A stretch of 42,207 nucleotides of DNA from a virus. Lineage: Duplodnaviria; Caudoviricetes. Shown here one piece after another: positions 26,814 to 35,461 of the stretch; position 1 is the first letter of the stretch, and every line of letters begins with the position of its first letter. A program made the position numbers and the translations under genes. The stretch is from positions 1 to 42,207 of IMG/VR virus record IMGVR_UViG_3300028586_000039; one strand, 5' to 3'. Under the pieces are notes generated by a model. It did no database searches, was not told where the DNA came from, and saw only the letters and a program-made list of their open reading frames with translations.

Positions 26814-27128
26814 CATGGTAGCATGCATGGTATGTTCGAATCCCTGCCCCGCATCCGAACACAGGCACTTCTAAAATCCATGGTATCTTCCATGGTATGT
26901 TAGAAGAAGGCCGCGAAAAACCCACGCGTTTCAGCCACTTTAAGGGCTTGGTGTGTCGGCCTCCCGCTCCGCCAACATACCATATTTTACCGTTCTTTCC
27001 CGTTCACTCGGGACTTGTAACCCGCAGAAAACCGCGCATTTTAATGCTGCGGTTGTGCGCTGCTGTTCGGTCGCGTTCGGCACCCGGCATGGCATACCGC
27101 ATGGTACGGACCTCGAAAGTCCATGGTA
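26814..27128 (+). other. attP region: integrase arm-type repeats flanking the core
   Basis: CATGGTA at 26814/26826, 26879/26891, 27088(CATGGCA)/27100 (each pair 12 bp apart) and 27122; non-coding, directly upstream of integrase. Confidence 0.8.
26960..26974 (+). other. Putative att core CCTCCCGCTCCGCCA, equal to a tRNA 3' end (Ser-like)
   Basis: Ends in CCA with G discriminator and CCGCTCC acceptor strand; lies between arm repeats, co-oriented with integrase as in P4-type elements. Confidence 0.65.
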
Positions 27129-27140
27129 TGGAGGCTGCGC

Positions 27141-28514
27141 GTGCTGACTGACGCGAAGATCAAGGCGGCGAAGCCGAAGGCGTCGGCGTACAAGCTCGGC
27201 GATTCTGGCCAGCTCTATCTCTACGTCACGACCGCCGGCGGTCGGCACTGGCGCATGAATTATTCGTATGGCACCAACGACAGCGGCAAGCCGGCGCAGA
27301 AGACGCTAACCCTCGGCTCCTATCCGAGCACGTCGCTGGTCGAGGCGCGGGCCAAGCGGGACGAGGCCAAGAAGCTCTTGTCCGCCGGCCGCGATCCAGC
27401 CGTCGAAAAGAAGGTCGCCGCCAAGGCGCGCGCGCAGACGGATGCCAACACGTTCGAGATCGTCGGCCGGCGCTGGTACGATCTGCGGAAGGGCGGCTGG
27501 TCGCCGGTGCACGCGAACGACGTGATCGACAGCCTGACGAACGACCTCTTTCCCGCGATCGGCGACCTGCCGATCACTGCGATCGGCGCGCCCAAGCTGC
27601 TTGAGGTGTTGCAGGCCGTCGAGCGCCGCGGCGCGATCGAGACGGCTCACCGGCTACGCCAGCGGGCCAGTGCCATATTCGTCTATGGTATCGCCTCTGG
27701 TATCTGCGACGCGGACCCGGCGGCGAGCCTCGGCAAGGCGCTGAAGGACAAACCGCGGTCGAAGAAACAACCGTCCATCGTCGACGGCATTCGCGACCAG
27801 GCCGAACGGATGAAGATTATCCGCAAGATGCTGGCCGACTGCGACGCGCAGCGCTGCCGGGCGGGGACGAAGTTCGGCCTGCGCTTCCTCGCGCTGACCG
27901 CCGTCCGACCGGGTGAGCTGCGGTTCGCCAGTTGGCCCGAGTTCGAGGGGATCGATTGGACGAAGCCAGACGAGCCGGCGCCGGCGGCGGTGTGGCGCAT
28001 TCCTGCCGAGCGCATGAAGGGCGATGAGGATCGCAAGGCGGAGGAATATGGCGAGCACGTCGTGCCGCTGTCGCCGCAAGCGGTAGAGGTGCTTCACGCT
28101 ACCTACCGGCTGTCCGGCGGCCTCCCGTACCTCTTCCCGAGCGAACGGCACGTCCACAAGCCGATCAGCGAGAACACGTTGCGCGCGCTGCTGATTCGCG
28201 CCGGCTATTACCAGCGCCACGTGCCGCACGGCTTCCGCGCCGCCTTCTCGACATACATGAATGATCGCCCGGCCGAAGAGCGGCGTGACGGTGATAGGGC
28301 GGTGATCGACCTGATGCTGGCGCACGTGCCGGGGAACAAGGTCGAGGGTGCATACAACCGCGCCGCCTACATGGGGCGGCGGCGCGAGCTAGCGTGTGAA
28401 TGGGCGGATCTGATCACCGCCGAGCTTGAGCCCCCAGCCACGCACCTCGGCAAGCCGATACGCTGGGCGGACACGTCGCCAAAAGCGCCGCGGCAGCCCG
28501 CCGCATACCGCTAA
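27141..28514 (+). CDS. int: Tyrosine integrase, P4-like with arm-binding domain
   Basis: LTD.KIKAAKP...YKL.D...LYL.V; catalytic R (VRPGE), HGFR, LAH, AYNR; GTG 27141 after GGAGG. Confidence 0.96.
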   Translation: MLTDAKIKAAKPKASAYKLGDSGQLYLYVTTAGGRHWRMNYSYGTNDSGKPAQKTLTLGSYPSTSLVEARAKRDEAKKLLSAGRDPAVEKKVAAKARAQTDANTFEIVGRRWYDLRKGGWSPVHANDVIDSLTNDLFPAIGDLPITAIGAPKLLEVLQAVERRGAIETAHRLRQRASAIFVYGIASGICDADPAASLGKALKDKPRSKKQPSIVDGIRDQAERMKIIRKMLADCDAQRCRAGTKFGLRFLALTAVRPGELRFASWPEFEGIDWTKPDEPAPAAVWRIPAERMKGDEDRKAEEYGEHVVPLSPQAVEVLHATYRLSGGLPYLFPSERHVHKPISENTLRALLIRAGYYQRHVPHGFRAAFSTYMNDRPAEERRDGDRAVIDLMLAHVPGNKVEGAYNRAAYMGRRRELACEWADLITAELEPPATHLGKPIRWADTSPKAPRQPAAYR

Positions 28515-28585
28515 TCCTAAAAGCTATGCACGATATTGCATTTCTATGCGCAATGCGTCATTATCGCGCATAAGGAGAAAGCGCA

Positions 28586-29269
28586 GTGGCATTCCGAGCA
28601 GATGAAGCCGCCGCCGACCGGCTGGCGAAAACCAAGAACTACCTGATCCCGCGGACCTTTTCTGCCGAGCAACGAACGCGCGCAGAGGAGGTTTTCGCTG
28701 AAGTTGTGGAGCAATGTGGCCCTGCGGTAGACGACTATCCAAGCTGGCACCCGCTCGTCAGCACTCATGGCGAACGACACCCTCATACCACGCCCGGCCG
28801 TCACTCCGGTTACCTCGGGCTAGATCATACCCGCTACTTTGCTCATGGGTTCGTAACTTGCCCATATGGTGATGGCCAAGACGTGATAGCCTCGGTGAAG
28901 GGCGTCAACAAGCGCCTTATGGAGCAAAATGTGCCGGCCGGCGTCCATGCTGAAGCGCTTGACTGCACATTCTACTACGACGGCACAATACCGATACTTG
29001 TTAAGTGCGAATGGTATCATGAACTCGAAGAAAACCACACGATTCCAAAGCGGGTCGCTGTGGCGCTGATGATGGAACGCGAATTGCCAAGCTGGCGATC
29101 TGCGGAGGTTGGGGAAACGTGGGAGACTATGCACCCCTATTTTCTTGGCTCACCCCACGGTAAGCGCTCGTCGCTCTTCGTCACGCAGGAGACCGCGTTG
29201 GCGATGAAGAAAGTTTATGCGGCTATGAACGAAGCCGGCGTGTTTGGGCCGATGCTCGACCGGGCGTAG
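28586..29269 (+). CDS. Hypothetical moron protein (227 aa)
   Basis: TAAGGAG RBS, AT-rich upstream region, lower GC; YPSWHPL, GLDHT, FVTCPY motifs. Confidence 0.75.
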   Translation: MAFRADEAAADRLAKTKNYLIPRTFSAEQRTRAEEVFAEVVEQCGPAVDDYPSWHPLVSTHGERHPHTTPGRHSGYLGLDHTRYFAHGFVTCPYGDGQDVIASVKGVNKRLMEQNVPAGVHAEALDCTFYYDGTIPILVKCEWYHELEENHTIPKRVAVALMMERELPSWRSAEVGETWETMHPYFLGSPHGKRSSLFVTQETALAMKKVYAAMNEAGVFGPMLDRA

Positions 29270-29271
29270 GA

Positions 29272-29601
29272 TCAGCCGTCACGTTCGTGCCGGAATTGCT
29301 TCGGGAGGCAGTCGTAAGCGAGCATGTCGCGATATTCAGGTATGACCATGAGCCCATCGCTCACCATCTTGATCGGCACCTCGTAGAAGGCTGCAATGTG
29401 CCACGCCTCGATCATCAGCTTCAGTCGCTGGTCGCGGTCGCTCATCTTACGCCAGTCCGCGAAGCAGGCGCCGACGGACGAATCGTACTCATCTGAAAGC
29501 CCTCGGCGATCGGGATGGTGGATGACCGCGAAGCCGGGCTGGCCTCCGCGAAGTCCGCTGTTCCAGCAAAGCATCGCGTCGGAAAGGGGGATGTCGGTCA
29601 T
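29272..29601 (-). CDS. Hypothetical protein
   Basis: 109 aa, ATGA overlap in leftward operon. Confidence 0.65.
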   Translation of the reverse strand: MTDIPLSDAMLCWNSGLRGGQPGFAVIHHPDRRGLSDEYDSSVGACFADWRKMSDRDQRLKLMIEAWHIAAFYEVPIKMVSDGLMVIPEYRDMLAYDCLPKQFRHERDG

Positions 29602-30059
29602 GTGATCGGCTCCAAATCGGGATTTTGGGCGAAGCGCTTCGCCACCTGCTGAAAAAACTGTTTTTTCGCGAACTTCATCTTGGCGTTCAGCGGCATTTTG
29701 GCGGCGACGTAGAAGACGGCGTCGCTTACCTCGGTTTCGTCGGGCCGCGCTTCATCTGATCGAATGTACGGTGCCATCTCTGGCTCTTCCATCAACTCGC
29801 CCATGGCCCAGATCCTGAACATCAGCGGCTGCATCATGCCTTTTGGAAACTGATCGCGTATCGCGATCATTGCCCGGTTCATCGGCGAGTCGGTCAACTC
29901 GATGCGCTGAACGACCCCGTCATTTTCCAAGTTCACGCCCATGCCGCCAACGCCTGAGCCCGGTATTTTCCCAGACGCGGCGAGGCTGCCAACAGAAAAG
30001 GCGTATACAAGCTGCTCGACGTCGACCGGCTCGATTCTTGGTAGTTTAGATGATGCCAT
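29598..30059 (-). CDS. Hypothetical protein
   Basis: 153 aa from ATG 30059 (longer start overlaps alpA). Confidence 0.65.
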   Translation of the reverse strand: MASSKLPRIEPVDVEQLVYAFSVGSLAASGKIPGSGVGGMGVNLENDGVVQRIELTDSPMNRAMIAIRDQFPKGMMQPLMFRIWAMGELMEEPEMAPYIRSDEARPDETEVSDAVFYVAAKMPLNAKMKFAKKQFFQQVAKRFAQNPDLEPIT

Positions 30060-30091
30060 AGCTTGAGCTTCCGCCGTCTGATGTGATTCGT

Positions 30092-30334
30092 CTAGGCTGC
30101 CTTCGCCTTCACCTGTTCCAGCCAGGCACGAACTTCGGCCTCGCTCCACCGTGAGCCGGAGCCGCCGGGCTTGTACGGCGCGGGGAAGGTGCCGGCGCGG
30201 ATCATGGCGTAGATGCGGGTTCGCTTAAGACCGGCGATCTGCTCGACCTGGGCGAAGGGGATCAGCCGGTCGTTTTCGGCGGTGGCGGGGGGCAGCGCCG
30301 CCACCGCCGCGAGGTTACCGCTGCGTTCGGTCAT
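30092..30334 (-). CDS. AlpA-family excisionase/regulator
   Basis: RLI....V....GL....IY.MI..GTFP.P......SRW.E.EV.AW. Confidence 0.9.
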   Translation of the reverse strand: MTERSGNLAAVAALPPATAENDRLIPFAQVEQIAGLKRTRIYAMIRAGTFPAPYKPGGSGSRWSEAEVRAWLEQVKAKAA

Positions 30335-30558
30335 CCGACGTTCCTCCTGTTCCAAAGCAGCGGCCGGTCGCGCAGTGCGATAGCCAGCCACTCGTTGATT
30401 TCCCGCACAGCGATCCGATAAGTGGCTGATCGAACCCGGCGGTGCTCGAACAGCCTAAGGGGCCGCTCGTCAGTCTGGTCGAGGACCGCGACTGCGGTCA
30501 TAGCCATGCGGAGGCCGGACACGATGCCGGAACGCCGACCGCGTTCAAATTCGGTCAT
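30331..30558 (-). CDS. Hypothetical protein
   Basis: 75 aa, ATGA-coupled. Confidence 0.6.
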   Translation of the reverse strand: MTEFERGRRSGIVSGLRMAMTAVAVLDQTDERPLRLFEHRRVRSATYRIAVREINEWLAIALRDRPLLWNRRNVG

Positions 30559-30740
30559 CGCTGATGCTTCCTTCGATAGGCGTCCAAGCCGCGCTCGATA
30601 GCGGCGGGCAAGGGATCACGGGTCAGCCACCACAGGAAGCCGCCTAGGGCGGCAACGGCGAGGTGATGAAGGATGCCACCATCTCCCCGTACGAGCAGCC
30701 CGGCCATGAGGCCGATGATAAAGGCGCTGGTGAACGTCAT
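30555..30740 (-). CDS. Small two-TM membrane protein
   Basis: MTFTSAFIIGLMAGLLV... two hydrophobic stretches; ATGA-coupled. Confidence 0.55.
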   Translation of the reverse strand: MTFTSAFIIGLMAGLLVRGDGGILHHLAVAALGGFLWWLTRDPLPAAIERGLDAYRRKHQR

Positions 30741-30883
30741 GGCCAGTACCCCGCGAGAACCGCTGATGCGATGAGCAGCGCGGCGGCGCACATCATGCCA
30801 AGTCGATTACCCCGCCGCCTTTCACAGTCCGGGCAACCACAACCGGCGGGGTGCTCAAAGGGGCGTATGTAGGGGCTCTTCAT
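30737..30883 (-). CDS. 48-aa protein with HP..CxCxxC motif and C-terminal TM helix
   Basis: Not in ORF track; MKSPYIRPFEHPAGCGCPDCERRRGNRLGMMCAAALLIASAVLAGYWP; ATGA overlaps at both ends. Confidence 0.65.
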   Translation of the reverse strand: MKSPYIRPFEHPAGCGCPDCERRRGNRLGMMCAAALLIASAVLAGYWP

Positions 30884-31356
30884 GCCCGGTCTGCCCGATT
30901 GAAAGGGATGATGTTGGACGGAGCATCGACGAAGGGCATCTCACTCCAAGGCAGGTCGAGCATTGCCGATAGCTGGCACGCTGCCGTGATCGCCTGGTCT
31001 TTGGACGATCGGATATCCCACTCCCGACTATCGTCGTTCGAGCCGTCAGGCAGGGTGATGCCGACGAGCCAGACCGGCTTCCGATCGTCACCGAGCCAGC
31101 CGTTGGAAACGAAGATCGCCCCTTCTGCGCGCTTCCACCCGGTAGGGCAGGGCTGCGGGTCAGGAAGTGGGACGAACACTGTAGGCTCAACGAGATAACC
31201 TTCATCATCTCGCCAGCCGCCATCGCACCGGGTGATGGCAAGCCACGGCGACTTATCGTGAAGCTCACCGCGGATGGGGACATACCCGAGAACCCAGCCG
31301 TCACCGTCAGGTGCCGCGGCAATCGGGTCCGGCACCATCACATTACCGACCAACAT
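30880..31356 (-). CDS. Hypothetical protein
   Basis: 158 aa from ATG 31356 after GGAGG; PI..AP.DG..VL, P..F.PLP motifs typical of phage early proteins. Confidence 0.65.
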   Translation of the reverse strand: MLVGNVMVPDPIAAAPDGDGWVLGYVPIRGELHDKSPWLAITRCDGGWRDDEGYLVEPTVFVPLPDPQPCPTGWKRAEGAIFVSNGWLGDDRKPVWLVGITLPDGSNDDSREWDIRSSKDQAITAACQLSAMLDLPWSEMPFVDAPSNIIPFNRADRA

Positions 31357-31540
31357 ATTTCCTCCTGTCTCTTTCATCGCGGCACCGGGCGCAGCACCCG
31401 GCAACAAGGCGGGGCGAATCGTCTCCGCAGTTGTCACATTCCCCAGGCGCGCCGGCGGGCACGGCAACGCGGGCGGCGGCGATGCTGCGCGCGAGGTGCG
31501 CGTCGGCAATCTCAGTTGCCAATTCGATCTCATCAGCCAT
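31343..31540 (-). CDS. TraR/DksA-like C4 zinc-finger protein
   Basis: MADEIE.A.E N-terminus; CDNC...R....CARC. Confidence 0.75.
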   Translation of the reverse strand: MADEIELATEIADAHLARSIAAARVAVPAGAPGECDNCGDDSPRLVAGCCARCRDERDRRKYVGR

Positions 31541-31760
31541 CTGCCGGCCACCTCCGGGTGATCGGCACGCCGGACGCGCTGCGCCGCAGCTGCACGCGCG
31601 CTTCCTCCCGGCTGATGATGAAGGTGGCGGTCGGATCGGCGGCAAGCAGGCGGCAGGCCTCTGTTTCGGCGGCGGTGAAGCTGTTGTGCCGAGCGCGGGG
31701 CGTTGGGCATTTGTGGATGAGGTACGCCCCCTTGAACGGGAGCACGTCGATCTGGCTCAT
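31533..31760 (-). CDS. Hypothetical protein
   Basis: 75 aa, coupled to neighbours. Confidence 0.6.
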   Translation of the reverse strand: MSQIDVLPFKGAYLIHKCPTPRARHNSFTAAETEACRLLAADPTATFIISREEARVQLRRSASGVPITRRWPADG

Positions 31761-31984
31761 GCGCTTGTTCCTTTCGGATCGGCGTTGGATTGCAGGGCAT
31801 AGGTCGCCTTCGTGCCGCGGCCACGGGCGCCATCGACCCTGATGACGCGCCCAGTGCGGATCAGCTTGGCGCAGTCACGCGCCACCGTTGCGGCATGGGC
31901 AGTTGGCTCGGTGATCGCCTCGACAAGCTGCGCGTTCGTCATCGGCCCGCGCTTCAGTTCGCGCAGGATGCCCCGCACGCTCAT
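31757..31984 (-). CDS. Winged-helix-like DNA-binding protein
   Basis: ILRELKRGPMT..QL...L...G.V.R......Y.L. Confidence 0.6.
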   Translation of the reverse strand: MSVRGILRELKRGPMTNAQLVEAITEPTAHAATVARDCAKLIRTGRVIRVDGARGRGTKATYALQSNADPKGTSA

Positions 31985-32277
31985 GCCGCATCTCGCAGCG
32001 GGATGACGTTACTCTTCCGCGCCCGCTCGCCACCGCCTGGATCGTCCGGCAGGTGATCGCTTTCCGGGTCCCATTCCCAGCAGCAGCGATCCGCGTGAAC
32101 CGCCGGGAACATCGAGATTGGGGCGCCGCCGACGACGTGAATGGTGGGCGGATGATACTCGCAAATGCCAAGGTCGGGATGCGGGTCAGGCATGCGTATC
32201 GCCGTTGCCGCTTGAGGAAGTCCCTGCCGCCAGAACATGCAGGTTCGGCAATGGGCGCGGATCGGCTCTTCGGTCAT
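31981..32277 (-). CDS. Cys-rich hypothetical protein
   Basis: C.TC.FW...G.C..HPP...FP.V....CC.EW. Confidence 0.65.
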   Translation of the reverse strand: MTEEPIRAHCRTCMFWRQGLPQAATAIRMPDPHPDLGICEYHPPTIHVVGGAPISMFPAVHADRCCWEWDPESDHLPDDPGGGERARKSNVIPLRDAA

Positions 32278-32684
32278 GCCACCACTCCCGCCATAGGCAG
32301 CCAGCGCTCACTTTTGCGCTGAAGCCAGCCAATCGTCTCGACGTGATCGACAGTAAACTGAGCGTCATGTGGCTCTGCGTCGGCCAGGCATATATTACAG
32401 TTGGCGAGAGCAATGGTCGTCATCTCGTCGAGTGCGAGCCGCTCTGATGCGGCCATGTCCTCACCCTGGGAGCCGATGAGGTCCCGCCATTCGGAAAGCA
32501 CGGCGAGCAGGGCCATGGCGTCGGCAAGCGTAACCGGCGGCTCCGCGATCATGGCGACCATCAAACCTTGACGCTGCCGGCACCAGAGGCGGGATGCCTC
32601 GTTGTCCTCGACTGCTTCAAGACGATCTTTCGACACTTGAAGCATGTCGGTGATCAGGCGGAACTTCGGGCTGAAGGCGCTCAT
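32274..32684 (-). CDS. Hypothetical helical protein
   Basis: 136 aa, coupled; PVTLADA motif. Confidence 0.65.
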   Translation of the reverse strand: MSAFSPKFRLITDMLQVSKDRLEAVEDNEASRLWCRQRQGLMVAMIAEPPVTLADAMALLAVLSEWRDLIGSQGEDMAASERLALDEMTTIALANCNICLADAEPHDAQFTVDHVETIGWLQRKSERWLPMAGVVA

Positions 32685-32941
32685 GCCGCCTGCTCCATGG
32701 CATCGGCGATGCAGTAGGCGACGCGGGTGTGCTGCCGCATCGTCTCAATGCCGATCATGAGCGCGCAATGAAGTTGCGATGCTTCGCCGCAATTCGGAAC
32801 GACGCGTTCGAACAGGGCTTCTTCGATCATTTTGAAGAGGGCGGTCGCGTTTTCCATGGCGCCGGCAAGTTCCTGCACGGCATGCTTGGGGTTGTTAATG
32901 ACCGGGTCGGTCTGTTCGATCGGATGGCGATGTGCGGACAT
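32681..32941 (-). CDS. Hypothetical protein
   Basis: 86 aa from ATG 32941, coupled. Confidence 0.6.
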   Translation of the reverse strand: MSAHRHPIEQTDPVINNPKHAVQELAGAMENATALFKMIEEALFERVVPNCGEASQLHCALMIGIETMRQHTRVAYCIADAMEQAA

Positions 32942-33354
32942 CACAGGTTCTCCCCGCGAAGGTTGAGGATGGCGGCGAAGATCAGCTTTTCCTCCCAATC
33001 CAAGTCGTTGCGGATCGGAAGCAGTGCAGCGACAGCACCCTGCGAGACCGCCTCGCGATGGGTCACGTCCGTGTGCCACCACGCGACCCAGAGTCGGATT
33101 TCCGTCGCACGCGGGCTGGTGTCGGGACTGTTGAGGATCGCCATTTCGGCTGCATCGACCCGGTCCCAATAGTTCTGCGCGGTGACCGCATCGTCGAGGA
33201 CAAGCGCATCGGCCTCGAACTCTTGAAACGCTTGGCGCCGTGCCTGCCAATGGTACTCGATGCTATCAGGTGCACTGGCGATACACACAGCGGAAGTTGC
33301 GATAGCAGCAGCACCCCCGGTTAAAAGAGAGCGGCGGGAGGTCAGTATCGTCAC
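32941..33354 (-). CDS. Hypothetical protein with twin-arginine-like N-terminus
   Basis: GTG 33354; TSRRSLLTGGAAAIATSAVCIASA. Confidence 0.6.
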   Translation of the reverse strand: MTILTSRRSLLTGGAAAIATSAVCIASAPDSIEYHWQARRQAFQEFEADALVLDDAVTAQNYWDRVDAAEMAILNSPDTSPRATEIRLWVAWWHTDVTHREAVSQGAVAALLPIRNDLDWEEKLIFAAILNLRGENL

Positions 33355-33593
33355 TTCCGTGCTCCTCCAACTTGTTGAGCAGCCTCGTCGAGGGCGTCGA
33401 TCTGGGCTTGAATACGGTGCAGGTGATCGCTCAGCATGCTGAGCAGGTGCAGCGCATGATTGTGCATGTTCCGGGCGTGTGGATCGTCCGGCACATTCTG
33501 GAGCATGGCTCCGCCTTCGATCGCGAAGAGCGTGGCGATGGCGCAGGACACCCCCTCCTGAAGAATATCGCCGTGGCTGATATGGCCGCTCAT
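33351..33593 (-). CDS. Hypothetical protein
   Basis: 80 aa, coupled. Confidence 0.6.
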   Translation of the reverse strand: MSGHISHGDILQEGVSCAIATLFAIEGGAMLQNVPDDPHARNMHNHALHLLSMLSDHLHRIQAQIDALDEAAQQVGGARK

Positions 33594-33919
33594 GACTGCA
33601 CCCCCCCGCCGGCGATGCGCTCAGCATCGACGAGCAATTCCGTCAGCCAGTCGCGGCCATCCCCCATGTCGTGCTCGACCATGAAGCTGAGCTTGGCGTG
33701 AAGGTCGGCGACGGTGGCGGCGGGGAACAGGGCGACCCGATCGAGCGCCTCGGCGGCGGCGTCGTTCAGCGCGTTGTTGTCCTGGACGCGCTGGTGCCGC
33801 TCTGCCGGACTGATATCGACCGGAGCCATATCTATGGCTTCGTGTTCATGACGCTCGACGGCGGCTCGTGCCCACGGGGCGGCGTTGATCAGAGCGATCA
33901 GCCTTGGATCGGGGCTCAT
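33590..33919 (-). CDS. Hypothetical helical protein
   Basis: 109 aa; PAATVADLHAKL motif. Confidence 0.65.
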   Translation of the reverse strand: MSPDPRLIALINAAPWARAAVERHEHEAIDMAPVDISPAERHQRVQDNNALNDAAAEALDRVALFPAATVADLHAKLSFMVEHDMGDGRDWLTELLVDAERIAGGGVQS

Positions 33920-34278
33920 GCCTGCGGCTCCCCGTCCAGGAGGGCGCGCGCGTCCGCACCGATGCTGTTGACGATGTCGAGCGGTGCCGACGTGCCGTCG
34001 TGCCAGTCGGTCAGAGTACTGATCTTCAGGCTGATACCTGCGTGATCCGGGGCGGGGGTAGCGATAAAACCCCGATAAGCGTCGCCGGCAGCCTCACACA
34101 GCGCATCAAGCACCTTGTCCTCGCTGCCGGGTGCGTTGCAGGCGTCGAGAAATCGCCGGTTAGCCTCGCGGAATGATGCCAAACGATCAGCGAACAAGGT
34201 CGACGAACGGGCGGTGGCTGCGGCGCGCTCGATGCTGCCGGCGCCGATCGCGACACGAGGTGCGGAGCGGTCCATCAC
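33916..34278 (-). CDS. Hypothetical helical protein
   Basis: About 120 aa; TPAPDHAGISLKI motif. Confidence 0.65.
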   Translation of the reverse strand: MMDRSAPRVAIGAGSIERAAATARSSTLFADRLASFREANRRFLDACNAPGSEDKVLDALCEAAGDAYRGFIATPAPDHAGISLKISTLTDWHDGTSAPLDIVNSIGADARALLDGEPQA

Positions 34279-34511
34279 AGGCCCTCCCGCTTGGCGGGCA
34301 TGCGGCCGTAGAAGATGCTGATGGAGAGGCCGAAGCCTTCGAAGCCGAAGTGACGACCCGGGCCTTCACCCTTACCGTCCCACCGCTCGGTGCCGAACTT
34401 GTCGTAACCGCGCATAATTGCGGGGGACATTTCGTCCCAGACTGCCTTCAGGCGCTGGGCAAAGCTCTGCTGTTCACGCACCAAGGGTGCGCGTGATGCT
34501 TCGGCGGCCAT
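34275..34511 (-). CDS. First gene of leftward early operon, hypothetical
   Basis: 78 aa; GGGAGG RBS. Confidence 0.65.
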   Translation of the reverse strand: MAAEASRAPLVREQQSFAQRLKAVWDEMSPAIMRGYDKFGTERWDGKGEGPGRHFGFEGFGLSISIFYGRMPAKREGL

Positions 34512-34660
34512 GAGCCAACCTCCCTACATTGAGTGATGCAGGTGGATCGGCGGAGGTCGGGGCGAGATAACTACACCCGCGACGCGTCTATCCGGTCCTG
34601 CGTATCAGGCGGGACCGGAGGCGTCGTTGTGACGGGCGCACCAGATCGTCTGATGCCCTT

Positions 34661-34688
34661 AAGGTATCGTAAACCGATACGGTGTCAA
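34661..34688 (-). promoter_or_regulatory. PL-like promoter TTGACA-N16-TACCTT with overlapping operator
   Basis: Operator GTATCG-N5-CGATAC at 34664-34680, same as at PR. Confidence 0.8.
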
Positions 34689-34715
34689 CAGGGGTGCGTT
34701 ACTTTTTACGATCCA

Positions 34716-35339
34716 TCAGAGCTGGCGCGTCACTGAGGTGGCCCGACCGATGATCGTAATGGGTTCGTTCCCGAGCTTGATCGTCTGGTGCGCGGGGTTC
34801 GACGACTCGGGCTCTAACCGGTCCGGGCCTCGGCGAAACCGCTTGATCGTGGCCTCGCCTTCCCCGTTCTGGACGGCGTATAGGCCACCATCCACGAGGG
34901 CCGGCATCGTCGGGTCGATCGTGACATAGGAGCCATCGGGGGCGACCTTGTCGATGCTGTCACCGTATATTCGCAGGGCGAACATGTGAGGCTTTGCTGA
35001 TGCCACGGCAATGTGTTCTTCCGGCGTCTGGATCGCCTCCCTCCAGTTTCCGGCTGCGATCATCCCGATCACCGGTACTAGGGTGACATTCGAAAGCGTC
35101 GCGGCGTCGGCAATGCCGGCGAGGACGGCAACGTCTGTGTGCAACGCCTTAGCCAAGCGCTCCGCCCATTCGAGGGAAGGCTGGATCGCCGAGTTCTCGA
35201 TCTTGCTGATCGTGGCCTTTGTCGTTCCGAGCCGTTCAGCGAGTTCGGCCTGAGAGATGTCAAAGGCGTTACGGGCGGCACGAACACGCATCCCGAAGGG
35301 GAGCTTAGGGGTGTCGGCGAGGGGTTTCTTGCGATCCAT
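34716..35339 (-). CDS. cI: CI-like repressor (XRE HTH + S24 autopeptidase)
   Basis: SQAELAERLG..K.TISKIE HTH; IAAG cleavage site, GDS Ser and ATIKR Lys; divergent from cro. Confidence 0.93.
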   Translation of the reverse strand: MDRKKPLADTPKLPFGMRVRAARNAFDISQAELAERLGTTKATISKIENSAIQPSLEWAERLAKALHTDVAVLAGIADAATLSNVTLVPVIGMIAAGNWREAIQTPEEHIAVASAKPHMFALRIYGDSIDKVAPDGSYVTIDPTMPALVDGGLYAVQNGEGEATIKRFRRGPDRLEPESSNPAHQTIKLGNEPITIIGRATSVTRQL

Positions 35340-35426
35340 GATGACGTGCTTGTATCCGCTCGTGAAACGATTTCAATGCGGCGGCACTAGGAGTCAGATG
35401 TTACGTTTCCTCTAACGAGACGGAGC

Positions 35427-35455
35427 TTGCCTGTCGTATCGTTATCCGATACCTT
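35427..35455 (+). promoter_or_regulatory. PR-like promoter TTGCCT-N17-TACCTT with overlapping operator
   Basis: GTATCG-N5-CGATAC at 35436-35452; degenerate copies near 35352 and 35405. Confidence 0.8.
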
Positions 35456-35461
35456 TCGGGC

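Noticed and set aside
26834-26856. GTTCGAATCCCTGCCCCGCATCC resembles the T-loop and acceptor strand of an initiator tRNA
   Set aside because: No matching 5' T-stem or rest of a tRNA, no CCA, and it lies among the left arm repeats; not a tRNA gene and a weaker att-core candidate than 26960-26974, though a relic cannot be excluded
27065-27078. GTTC-N6-GTTC upstream of the integrase
   Set aside because: Spacer is 6, not 7; not called as a LexA box
30880-33627. Extended ORF-track versions 30880-31833, 32681-33250 and 32941-33627
   Set aside because: The N-terminal extensions overlap other coupled genes; downstream starts with RBS or ATGA coupling fit better
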